Shown: one piece after another, positions 28,264-37,160 of the stretch
How the letters are laid out: each line of letters begins with the position of its first letter
Numbering within the stretch: position 1 is the stretch's first letter
DNA from: Bacilli bacterium
GTDB taxonomy: Bacteria; Bacillota_I; Bacilli_A; RFN20; CAG-826
Assembly: GCA_045597865.1 (NCBI GenBank)
Contig: JAZLKX010000001.1
Span: 1 to 64,000 of the forward strand
Reading direction: 5' to 3'
DNA: 64,000 nucleotides
The notes under the pieces: generated by a model
The model's input: the letters and a program-made list of their open reading frames with translations, nothing else
Database searches by the model: none
What the model was told of the DNA's origin: nothing
Program-made: the position numbers and the translations under genes

Positions 28264-30324
28264 ATGGAAACTACTAACAAACCAAATTCACAACAAACAG
28301 CAGTAGCAACCAAGGTAGTAAAGAAGACTAGAAAAGTCGTTGTTTCTAAGAGCATTTTCTATTGTATCTTCGTTGTTATCTTTGCTATTGCATCATTCTT
28401 ACTATTCTGTCTCGACCAGGACAACTTTTTAAGAAAGAACTTCAATGCTGAATGGCTAGACGCTATTGCTAAGTTCTTTAGCGGGTCAAAAGAAGAGGGA
28501 TATTTAGGACTCGAATTCGATGTCACAATGATGACATGGATTACATTCTTTGTCTTTGTAATTGTATTCTTTGCAATTTTTACAACATTCTTCTTTAGAA
28601 AAAATCTTTTACAAAAGAAAGAAGCAAAACAAATCCTTAAAAAAGGACAACCTCTTTCTGCAAAACAAAAAACTTTATTTAATGTTTTCTATTTCGTTGG
28701 CGCAGCCGCTTTAATGGCAGCGTTAATTCTCGTAATTTTCTTAGTTGTAGTTCCACTTTTACCACTTCCTGCATCACAAAAAGACCCAGCATTTATTGGG
28801 CAAAACTTATTAATTAATACTCTTCCAACTATTGGGATTGTTATGTTATTTGTTGCTATATTCCCAGCAGCATGTTTAGTTTTATTCTGTTTATTCAAAG
28901 TTATTGTCTTCCTTGTAAGCTTAATTGTTTCTGGCGTTTCCAAATCAGTTATGCAATCAGAAGAATACCAAGAATCAGTTGCTGCAACTCAAGCTGCAGC
29001 AGCAGATATCGCTTCTTCAATGGCAGAAGCCAAAGGCTTATCTGGTGATGCACTCGCAAGAGCAAAAGATGCTCAAAAGAATCCAAACAAGAAAAATTCA
29101 ATGGCTGGATTTAATATTTTCCCAGCTCTTGATAATATTGATAAAAAATATGATGAAATTGCTGCAGAAGCAGAAGCTAAGAAAGCTGCAGAAGAAGCTG
29201 CTAGGGCAGAAGCTGAAGCTGCTAGAGCAGCAGCAATTGAAAGAGGCGAATCTGTTCCAGAGGTTGTTGAAGCACCAAAAGAACCAGAACCACAAGAAAT
29301 TACATATGAAGAATTCACACAATTCGCATATGAGTTCCAATCATACCTTTGCCATCAAAAATATTATTTCGACCTTACAATTATTAGATCATTCATTGCA
29401 GGTCTTGCATCTTCAAGAATGATTCTTCTCCAAGGTTTGTCTGGTACAGGTAAAACCACACTCCCACGTGTATTCCTTGAATACATTGGTTCAAAAGCAT
29501 GGTTCTTCCCAGTCCAAGCAACATGGAGAGATAGATCTGACGTTACTGGTTACTTCTCAGAATTTGCTAACGAATTTAAAGAAACAGAATTCTTAAAGCA
29601 CTTATATGAAGCAAGCTATATGCCAGAAAAAGTTAACTTACTTGTTCTCGATGAAATGAATATTTCCCGTGTTGAGTACTATTTCGCTGACTTCTTATCA
29701 ATCTTTGAATACCCAAGTGCAGACTGGTTAGTCCCACTCATTCAAATCCATGATGACGTAGTCATGCCAAAGAAACTTGAAGGTGGTATGGCTCGTATTC
29801 CAACCAATACTTGGTTTATTGGCACAGTCAACATTGATGACTCTACATTTACAATTACAGATAAGGTCTATGACCGTGTTATTGCTATTGACTTCGAAGA
29901 ACTCAACATTCCATTCGAATCAGACTACAACTATGATCCACATCCATTAAAATGTGGTGAACTCGAAAAGATGTTCGCAGAATCAAAAGCACATGATGAA
30001 AATAGACTTTCTGAAGAAGAAAAACTCAAATTCCTCAAACTTGCTGCATTTACTGCAGATACATTTGATGTTAAGTTTGGTAACCGTATTATGAACCAAA
30101 TCGAAAACTTCGTTCCTGTTTTCGTTGCCCTTGGTGGTACAAAGGAACAAGCTCTCGACTTAATGTATGCTAATAAGATTCTCCGTAAGTTAAACGGTAA
30201 ATTCGAATCATACATCAAAGATGGTTTAGTTAAACTTATTCGTTACCTCAATACCGAATATGGTAAAGGTGTCTTTGTTAAGACAGAGAAGTTAATTAGC
30301 CTCATTCAAAAGAAACTTGCATAA
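28264..30324 (+). CDS. McrB-like AAA+ GTPase with N-terminal multi-pass membrane domain and coiled coil
   Basis: 4-5 TM segments; A/E-rich helix; Walker A GLSGTGKT, Walker B LVLDEMN, McrB signature GTVNIDD, DKVYDR. Confidence 0.82.
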   Translation: METTNKPNSQQTAVATKVVKKTRKVVVSKSIFYCIFVVIFAIASFLLFCLDQDNFLRKNFNAEWLDAIAKFFSGSKEEGYLGLEFDVTMMTWITFFVFVIVFFAIFTTFFFRKNLLQKKEAKQILKKGQPLSAKQKTLFNVFYFVGAAALMAALILVIFLVVVPLLPLPASQKDPAFIGQNLLINTLPTIGIVMLFVAIFPAACLVLFCLFKVIVFLVSLIVSGVSKSVMQSEEYQESVAATQAAAADIASSMAEAKGLSGDALARAKDAQKNPNKKNSMAGFNIFPALDNIDKKYDEIAAEAEAKKAAEEAARAEAEAARAAAIERGESVPEVVEAPKEPEPQEITYEEFTQFAYEFQSYLCHQKYYFDLTIIRSFIAGLASSRMILLQGLSGTGKTTLPRVFLEYIGSKAWFFPVQATWRDRSDVTGYFSEFANEFKETEFLKHLYEASYMPEKVNLLVLDEMNISRVEYYFADFLSIFEYPSADWLVPLIQIHDDVVMPKKLEGGMARIPTNTWFIGTVNIDDSTFTITDKVYDRVIAIDFEELNIPFESDYNYDPHPLKCGELEKMFAESKAHDENRLSEEEKLKFLKLAAFTADTFDVKFGNRIMNQIENFVPVFVALGGTKEQALDLMYANKILRKLNGKFESYIKDGLVKLIRYLNTEYGKGVFVKTEKLISLIQKKLA

Positions 30325-30342
30325 TGCATAATCATATAAAAT

Positions 30343-31875
30343 ATGAAGACTGATATTGCTAATTACTTACATGACTACAATCTCAAACTTTTAAACAAAG
30401 TTATTAATGAGAATGCTTTCTCCAACCTTGGGGAAGCTTTTTCACAATCTCCTGCAGGCCAATTAGCAAGTGGTCTTAAATCAAACCCTATTGATGAACA
30501 CATTGAATTCCCATGGATTGATCAACTTGACGAAGTCACTGAAAAGATTATGTCAATTGCATCAAACCCAAGAACTCACGTTCGTTTTGATAAAGAAATT
30601 CGTCTTGCAGAACAAGCAGTTAAAGTTGATGGTAATGATATGAAGATGACCACCAAAACTTCAAAACTCTGGAGACTTAAAGACGAAGCATTTAAACCAG
30701 AAAAAGTTTATACAACTGTTTATGAAGCTGATTATGCAATCTATGAAAATAGATTCTTACTTAACCTTGTTAACAAGATTAATAACCTTTTAAATCACGC
30801 TATTAGACAATTAAATGAAATTGTTAAGAAAGTTAATAGAAACTACGTTAACAAAAATGTTTCTTTAGCATCTATTGATGATGTTAACGATATTGCAAAT
30901 CTCACCAAGATTTCAATGAAGAAAGAGAAATCTGATCAAAACTTGTTATTAACAACATCAGATGCTCCATTCCTTGAAGACTGGAAGATGATTATTAAAG
31001 CAAAGAACAGAATCAATAACTTCTATTCAACTGAGTTCTATCGTTACTTAAAGGATCAAAAACCTCTTTCTGATAGTGATGTTCATATCACAAACATCTT
31101 AGCAGAAGATCGTTCTTACGCTCCATGTTATAACTTCTATCTTAAGTTAATTAGATTAACTGACAAGATTGATGAAGAAAAGAAACCAGTTGATCCAATT
31201 GAATACCATAACTTTGTTGTTACTAACTTATTCTCAGTTCTTGGAAAAGAAGGCTTCTTTGCACCTATGACAGCTCAAAATACCATTGAAATCGCAGGTA
31301 ATTTGATTAGATTCAAAGACTTCTTAGTTTCTAAGGATGAAATGAATTGTTATATTACAACTCAAGACAAAGATCACATTGATCTGAAGTTTGAATTCAA
31401 CTATGCAAAGGATCAACCAATTGCTTCTGACCCAATGTTTGCAGGTAGACGTCATAACCTTGTAAGTATTGACTTAGTTGCTGCTAAAGACGCTGAATTC
31501 CTTAATATTGAAGAATTAGCAGTTCACTTCAGAAAACTCATCAACCAAAGACTTGCAAATGGTTATACAAACTCATTTGTTGTAACTCCAATTGACGGAA
31601 CACAAAAAGATGATGTAATCATCTGTTCACCAGATGTTTATAAGATTGATGCAAATATCACAAATATGATTAAATCATGCTTAATCTTTGCAGAAGGTGA
31701 TACAACACTTTACTCTAAAGTTTGTCCTATCTGTGGAGCTTACATGGATGGTGAACAAGAAAACGGTAACTGTTATTGTTCCAACTGTGGTTCAACATAC
31801 AGCTTAATGAGCCAAGGTAAAGATTCTGGCAAGACAGAACTTATCTGGATTAAGCGTATTAAAAATCCTGATTAG
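30343..31875 (+). CDS. McrC-like (DUF2357) protein with C-terminal Zn ribbon
   Basis: DYAIYENRFL motif, YAPCYNFY helix, CPICG...CSNCG; directly downstream of McrB-like gene; terminator 31899-31928. Confidence 0.7.
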   Translation: MKTDIANYLHDYNLKLLNKVINENAFSNLGEAFSQSPAGQLASGLKSNPIDEHIEFPWIDQLDEVTEKIMSIASNPRTHVRFDKEIRLAEQAVKVDGNDMKMTTKTSKLWRLKDEAFKPEKVYTTVYEADYAIYENRFLLNLVNKINNLLNHAIRQLNEIVKKVNRNYVNKNVSLASIDDVNDIANLTKISMKKEKSDQNLLLTTSDAPFLEDWKMIIKAKNRINNFYSTEFYRYLKDQKPLSDSDVHITNILAEDRSYAPCYNFYLKLIRLTDKIDEEKKPVDPIEYHNFVVTNLFSVLGKEGFFAPMTAQNTIEIAGNLIRFKDFLVSKDEMNCYITTQDKDHIDLKFEFNYAKDQPIASDPMFAGRRHNLVSIDLVAAKDAEFLNIEELAVHFRKLINQRLANGYTNSFVVTPIDGTQKDDVIICSPDVYKIDANITNMIKSCLIFAEGDTTLYSKVCPICGAYMDGEQENGNCYCSNCGSTYSLMSQGKDSGKTELIWIKRIKNPD

Positions 31876-31990
31876 TATATATATTAATATAAAGATATAA
31901 GCGTTTCAGAAAAATGGAACGCTTTTTTCTTTACTTATCATTATATGATTACTATAATATAGGTGTGGGATATCCCACCAAGGAGGAATT

Positions 31991-32224
31991 ATGGACTTAA
32001 CAATTAATTCTTACAATTCTAAAGTCGATTCAAAGAATAGAATCACTTTAAGAAAAGCACGTTTTGATTACTATAACGTGCAAGAATTTGAAGATGGCAA
32101 GATTGTTTTGGAACCAAGAGTATTAGTTCCGCCTTTTGAAGTTTCAAAGAGAACATTAAAGATGATGGACAAATCTGTAAACAATGTTAAGAAAAACAAA
32201 GTTTCAGATCCTATCAAATTTTAA
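31991..32224 (+). CDS. AbrB-like putative antitoxin
   Basis: KVDSKNRITL...DGKIVLEP swapped-hairpin pattern; TAATG overlap with next gene. Confidence 0.7.
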   Translation: MDLTINSYNSKVDSKNRITLRKARFDYYNVQEFEDGKIVLEPRVLVPPFEVSKRTLKMMDKSVNNVKKNKVSDPIKF

Positions 32225-32592
32225 TGCAATTTGAAATAAGACTTGGAGTTCCGGAAATGCTGGCATTCTGGAACGATTTATCTTCTAAAGTAGATAAAGG
32301 ATTAGCAAATAAGAATGAAGTGCTTCTGCACAGTAAGCTAGTTAAAGTATTTAAGTTCTTACAAGCTAATCCAAGACATCCGTCTCTTGATTCTCATGAA
32401 ATTTCACAATTAACTTCTAGATATGGAATAAAAGTATTTGAATCATATTTAGAAAACCATACTCCAGCAGCCGGTAGAATCTTCTGGGTATATGGTCCGA
32501 TCAAGAACTCTATTACAGTTATTGCAATTGAACCTCACCCAAATGACAAGTCAAATGGCTACAGCAAAATAAAATTGTCATCAACAAATTAG
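32224..32592 (+). CDS. RelE/ParE-like putative toxin
   Basis: LQANPRHPSLDSHEI, FESYLEN, GRIFWVY, ITVIAIEPHP. Confidence 0.7.
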   Translation: MQFEIRLGVPEMLAFWNDLSSKVDKGLANKNEVLLHSKLVKVFKFLQANPRHPSLDSHEISQLTSRYGIKVFESYLENHTPAAGRIFWVYGPIKNSITVIAIEPHPNDKSNGYSKIKLSSTN

Positions 32593-32664
32593 AATGAAAA
32601 GCTCACAAAATCATGTGGGCTTTTCATTTTTAACGACAAATAGTGACACAATTGTAAATTAATA

Positions 32665-32693
32665 TTGTAATAATATGACATTTGGCGTATTAT
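32665..32693 (+). promoter_or_regulatory. Promoter with operator in the spacer, leaderless HTH-fnlC
   Basis: TTGTAA-N17-TATTAT, ATG 6 nt later; palindrome ATAATATGACA-TT-TGGCGTATTAT at 32670-32693. Confidence 0.65.
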
Positions 32694-32699
32694 TTAGGC

Positions 32700-34025
32700 A
32701 TGAATAAATTAGAAAAAACACGTAAAGAACTTGGTTTAAACCAAAAACAATGCGCTGATCACTTAGGCGTATCATTAAGAACATATCAAAGATATGAACT
32801 TGATAATTATTTGGAAAGTGGACAAATAGATGACATTGTCGCTAAAATTAGCAATATTTGTCATAGTTTGTCATATAAACACTTTGAAAATAATGGAAAG
32901 CTCAAACTTTTGATAATTGTAGGCACAAGACCAGAAATCATTCGTCTTGCAGCAGTCATAAATAAATGTAGAGAATACTTTGATACTCTTCTTGCACATA
33001 CAGGTCAAAACTATGATTACAATCTCAATGGTGTCTTTTTCAAAGACCTCAAGATAAAAGATCCAGATATATATTTAAATGCTGTTGGAAAAGACCTTGG
33101 TGAAACAATGGGCAACATCATTGCAAAATCATATGAATTAATGGTGGAGATTAAACCAGATGCAGTACTAGTACTTGGAGACACTAATTCATGTCTTTCA
33201 GTAATAGGAGCAAAACGTCTTCATATTCCAATCTTCCATATGGAAGCCGGTAATAGATGTAAAGATGAATGTCTCCCAGAAGAAACAAATAGAAGAATTG
33301 TTGATATCATCTCTGATGTTAACTTAGCGTACTCTGAACACGCTAGAAGATATTTAGCAGACTCAGGTCTTCCTAAAGAAAGAACATATGTCACTGGATC
33401 ACCAATGGCAGAAGTCCTCCATCAAAACATTAATGAGATTGAATCCAGTGACATATTGAATAAACTTTCCCTTAAAAAGGGTAAGTATATCCTTCTTTCT
33501 GCACACCGTGAGGAAAACATTGATACAGAGAAGAACTTCAATAGCTTGTTCTCTGCTATTAATAAGATGGCAGAGATATACGATATGCCAATCTTGTATT
33601 CATGCCATCCAAGATCAAGAAAAAGACTTGAAGCTACAGGATTCAAACTTGATCCAAGAGTAGTGATGCATGAACCTTTAGGTTTCCATGACTACAACAA
33701 CCTTCAAATGAATGCTTTCTGTGTTGTATCTGACTCTGGTACTTTACCAGAGGAATCAAGTTTCTATGCTTCTATTGGTAAACCAATCGCAGCAGTCTGT
33801 ATTCGTACATCTACAGAAAGACCAGAAGCATTAGATGATGCATGCTTTGTACTCGCTGGAATAGATGAAAAGAATCTACTCCAAGCAGTGGAAGTTGCAA
33901 TTAATAATAAAGCTGGTTGTCATCCAGTAGATAATTACATTGATACAAATGTATCTGATAAAGTAGTAAAACTAATCCAATCCTATGTTGGAGTAGTAAA
34001 TAAAATGGTTTGGAGAAAGGAATAA
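32700..34025 (+). CDS. fnlC: XRE-HTH fused to UDP-HexNAc 2-epimerase (FnlC/Cap5G/WbjD type)
   Basis: LEKTRKELGLNQKQCADHLGVSLRTYQRYE then VGTRPEIIRL, HTGQNYD, LGDTNS, HMEAGNRC, HREEN, SDSGT, TERPE. Confidence 0.9.
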   Translation: MNKLEKTRKELGLNQKQCADHLGVSLRTYQRYELDNYLESGQIDDIVAKISNICHSLSYKHFENNGKLKLLIIVGTRPEIIRLAAVINKCREYFDTLLAHTGQNYDYNLNGVFFKDLKIKDPDIYLNAVGKDLGETMGNIIAKSYELMVEIKPDAVLVLGDTNSCLSVIGAKRLHIPIFHMEAGNRCKDECLPEETNRRIVDIISDVNLAYSEHARRYLADSGLPKERTYVTGSPMAEVLHQNINEIESSDILNKLSLKKGKYILLSAHREENIDTEKNFNSLFSAINKMAEIYDMPILYSCHPRSRKRLEATGFKLDPRVVMHEPLGFHDYNNLQMNAFCVVSDSGTLPEESSFYASIGKPIAAVCIRTSTERPEALDDACFVLAGIDEKNLLQAVEVAINNKAGCHPVDNYIDTNVSDKVVKLIQSYVGVVNKMVWRKE

Positions 34026-34103
34026 TTCTTCAAACCTTTTCTTTCTCTTTTGCATATTCATAAGTGAACGTATTATCTAGTGAACTTTTTTATGTAAAAG
34101 AGC
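33814..34103 (+). repeat. fnlC 3' end plus hairpin B, copy 1 (in the intact gene)
   Basis: CAGAAAGACCAGAAGC...TGGAGAAAGGAATAA...AAAAGAGC recurs at 36786 and 38763. Confidence 0.95.
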
Positions 34104-34155
34104 TGCGTTCTATCTAATTGCAAAACACTCTAAAAAAATAAAAGGCCATAATTAA

Positions 34156-34284
34156 ATATTGAAAAATACTGGAAAAACATATTGAAAAATACTGGAAAAT
34201 CCCAAAACTTTGCACTTGAAATTAATAAATAGAGTTGATAAAATATTGAAAAATACTGGAAAAACATATTGAAAAATACTGGAA
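34156..34284 (+). repeat. Four copies of ATATTGAAAAATACTGGAA as two tandem dimers
   Basis: Copies start at 34156, 34179, 34243, 34266. Confidence 0.95.
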
Positions 34285-34340
34285 TTATTTCTTGAATAAA
34301 ACACCGTTTTATAGTATAATATTAACAGGAGCAAGAAACT

Positions 34341-35609
34341 ATGAATTATTATGTAAGATATATTGATCAAATCATTGAACGATATAGAAAGAGCACCGGA
34401 GCAATTGTTGTAGTTGGGCCAAAATTTTGTGGAAAAACAACTTCTTGTAATAATATTGCAAAAAGTATCTATAGAATTAATACAAAAGCAATTGTCGAAA
34501 GAACTACTATTAACCCTAAAATCGCATTAGAAGGTGAAGAACCACACTTAATTGATGAATGGCAAAAAGTTCCAGATATTTGGAATTATATAAAAGAGGA
34601 TTTAGATATCGATTATAAATTCGGTAAATATCTTTTAACAGGATCATCTACACCTGCTGACAAAACTGATATTCAACACAGTGGTGCCGGGAGATTAAAA
34701 ATGGTTAAAATGCGAACTATGTCACTTTTTGAATCAAAAGAATCTCTTGGAATTGTTTCTCTACGATCTCTTTTTGAGAATAAAGAATTTTTTCCTCATC
34801 CAAATCAAGAACAAACATTAGAAAAAACAGCATTTCAAATATGTAGAGGTGGTTGGCCGCTTTCTGTTTTAAGTCAAGAAGAGTCAACTGCGCTTGATGT
34901 TACCAATTCATACTACGATGGTTTATTTCAATTTGCAGATAGCAAAAATGAGAAATTTAGAAACAAAAAAACAGATTACTTCAAAACAATTTTAAAAAGT
35001 TATGCTCGAAATGTTTCGACCTCTGCTTCAATGAATTCTATGATAAATGATGTTAGGCAAAATAATGAACGCATCTTAGATGACTCTACATTTAGAGATT
35101 ATCTTGAAGCATTAAAAGACTTATATATTATTGAAGACTTAGAAGCTTGGTGTCCAAACATAAGATCAAAAACAGCAATTTTATCCTCTCCTACAAGACA
35201 TTTTGTTGATCCATCTATTGCCTGCTCTGTTTTAGGCATCGGACCTAAAAATTTGATGAACGATTTTAATACATTTGGTTTTATGTTTGAAGATTTAGCT
35301 GTTAGGGATTTAAGGATATATAGTGAACTTCTTAATGGAACAATCAAACATTATAAGGATAACGCTGGTTTAGAATGCGATTCAGTTATTCACCTTCAGG
35401 ATGGTAAGTGGGCGGCAGTGGAAATTAAGCTTGGTGGAGAAGAATTAGTAAATTATGGTGCTAAGAAGCTTAATTTGCTTAAAAATAAATTGACCACAAA
35501 AAGTGACACTAATCCTCCGACGTTTATGGCAATCATTACAGCGTTTGGGCCTTGCTATAAAAGGGAAGATGGAATTTATGTTATCCCTTTAAATTGTTTG
35601 AAGGATTAA
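34341..35609 (+). CDS. AAA_14 ATPase with DUF4143 nuclease-like C-terminus
   Basis: GPKFCGKTT, LIDEWQ, LTGSS, HSGAGR, RGGWP, ECD...AVEIK. Confidence 0.88.
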   Translation: MNYYVRYIDQIIERYRKSTGAIVVVGPKFCGKTTSCNNIAKSIYRINTKAIVERTTINPKIALEGEEPHLIDEWQKVPDIWNYIKEDLDIDYKFGKYLLTGSSTPADKTDIQHSGAGRLKMVKMRTMSLFESKESLGIVSLRSLFENKEFFPHPNQEQTLEKTAFQICRGGWPLSVLSQEESTALDVTNSYYDGLFQFADSKNEKFRNKKTDYFKTILKSYARNVSTSASMNSMINDVRQNNERILDDSTFRDYLEALKDLYIIEDLEAWCPNIRSKTAILSSPTRHFVDPSIACSVLGIGPKNLMNDFNTFGFMFEDLAVRDLRIYSELLNGTIKHYKDNAGLECDSVIHLQDGKWAAVEIKLGGEELVNYGAKKLNLLKNKLTTKSDTNPPTFMAIITAFGPCYKREDGIYVIPLNCLKD

Positions 35610-35618
35610 AAAAATACT

Positions 35619-36707
35619 ATGAGTTACAAAAATAGATTTGGCTTTAAGCAATCCGTTGCATTCAAACACATTATTCGTGGATTTGAATATCTTGATAGAA
35701 TTAGAGATTTTCAAATGGATGGCAATATTGTTCATGCAAAGATATATGGTACAAATCCATATGACGTTTGTTTTGCTATTGATTTTATAAATAGAAAAGT
35801 AATGAATGCTAATTGTACTTGCCCATATATGAATGAACATAAAATGTGTAAGCATATTGCAGCGCTTATGCTCTATGTAGATTTACATATAAATGGTGGT
35901 TCAGTAAAAGAACTTTGTGTTTATCATCTCGCAAATTTTATTGTATCAAAATTAAAAGAATTAAATGGAATGCTTCCAATTGTGAAAGAAGATGATTTAA
36001 AAAAACAAATTGTTGGTAAAAACATTAATTTGCAGAGTAACGACTGTAAATACGCAACTGCATATTTTGAATTGCTTGATAAGGTAAGTGAATCTACATA
36101 TAAAGAAGCTCTTGAATTGCTATTTAAAAAACGTGTCGTGACTATCGACAAAGAAAAGACAGTATGGATAGATAAAAGGCTTTCAAAGAATTATTCTGAT
36201 TCATATCATGATTTCTACGCTAAAAATTCTTTACTTAAAGGATATGGCGACTACATTTATGATCCTTTTGAAGATGAAGAATACTATGATGAAGATCAGG
36301 AATATTATTATGCAACTGAAGTTAAAGAAAAATATAAAGGCATTAACTTGGTTTCTCATACTAGCATTTTCAAAAAGGGTAAATATAAAGAAACACTATT
36401 TTATGATTTTCAAACTGATGAGATCTTTTTTGAGGAAGATATCGATAATCATTTTTCAATTGCTCCTATCGATACATTTGATATTTCTAGTAACTTTATA
36501 GAATTCTTCATTTCAAGTGAATATCTTCCTGAAAAAAGAAAAGTGTTATTAGAAAATTATCAAAACGGAACTTTTTCCTTTGAGAATCTTGATAATACCC
36601 AAAAATCACGTTATAGAAAATTAGAAAACAATTACTTTATTGGAAAAGGAATACAATATTGCTTAGAGAATCATTATGATTTCTGCCTACATGATTATTA
36701 TTTCTAA
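35619..36707 (+). CDS. SWIM zinc-finger protein
   Basis: CTCPY....MCKHIAALM. Confidence 0.8.
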   Translation: MSYKNRFGFKQSVAFKHIIRGFEYLDRIRDFQMDGNIVHAKIYGTNPYDVCFAIDFINRKVMNANCTCPYMNEHKMCKHIAALMLYVDLHINGGSVKELCVYHLANFIVSKLKELNGMLPIVKEDDLKKQIVGKNINLQSNDCKYATAYFELLDKVSESTYKEALELLFKKRVVTIDKEKTVWIDKRLSKNYSDSYHDFYAKNSLLKGYGDYIYDPFEDEEYYDEDQEYYYATEVKEKYKGINLVSHTSIFKKGKYKETLFYDFQTDEIFFEEDIDNHFSIAPIDTFDISSNFIEFFISSEYLPEKRKVLLENYQNGTFSFENLDNTQKSRYRKLENNYFIGKGIQYCLENHYDFCLHDYYF

Positions 36708-36716
36708 ATCAATTAG

Positions 36717-36781
36717 AGATAACACCTGATTAAGCATTGAACGTTATTATCAGTAAGTGAAATGCTAAGGTGTTTTCTTTT
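36717..36781 (+). repeat. Hairpin element A, copy 1
   Basis: AGATAACACCT GATTA AGCATTGAACGT...AGTGAAATGCT AAGGTGTTTTCTTTT. Confidence 0.9.
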
Positions 36782-36785
36782 GTTG

Positions 36786-37073
36786 CAGAAAGACCAGAAG
36801 CATTAGATGATGTATGCTTCGTACTCGCTGGAATAGATGAAAAGAATCTACTCCAAGCAGTGGAAGTCGCAATTAATAATAAAGCTGGTTGTCATCCAGT
36901 AGATAATTATATTGATACTAATGTATCTGATAAAGTAGTAAAACTAATCCAATCCTATGTTGGAGTAGTAAATAAAATGGTTTGGAGAAAAGAGTAACTC
37001 CAAACCTTTTCTTTCTCTTTTGCATATTCTTAAGTGAACGTACTTAAGTAGTGAACTACATTTGCAAAAGAGC
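36786..37073 (+). pseudogene. fnlC 3' fragment plus hairpin B, copy 2
   Basis: Encodes ERPEALDDVCF...NKMVWRKE; near-identical to 33814-34103 with mostly synonymous changes. Confidence 0.92.
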
Positions 37074-37160
37074 GGATTTTATTTGGTCCTACTACAAAGG
37101 ATTTCTTGGTAGTTGAATTTTCAAGTTCCTTTTCATTTAGAATGCCTAAAACGTGCATGC

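Noticed and set aside
34156-34284. CRISPR mini-array
   Set aside because: Repeats are 19 bp, separated by 4 nt within each dimer, with no unique regular spacers and no cas genes.
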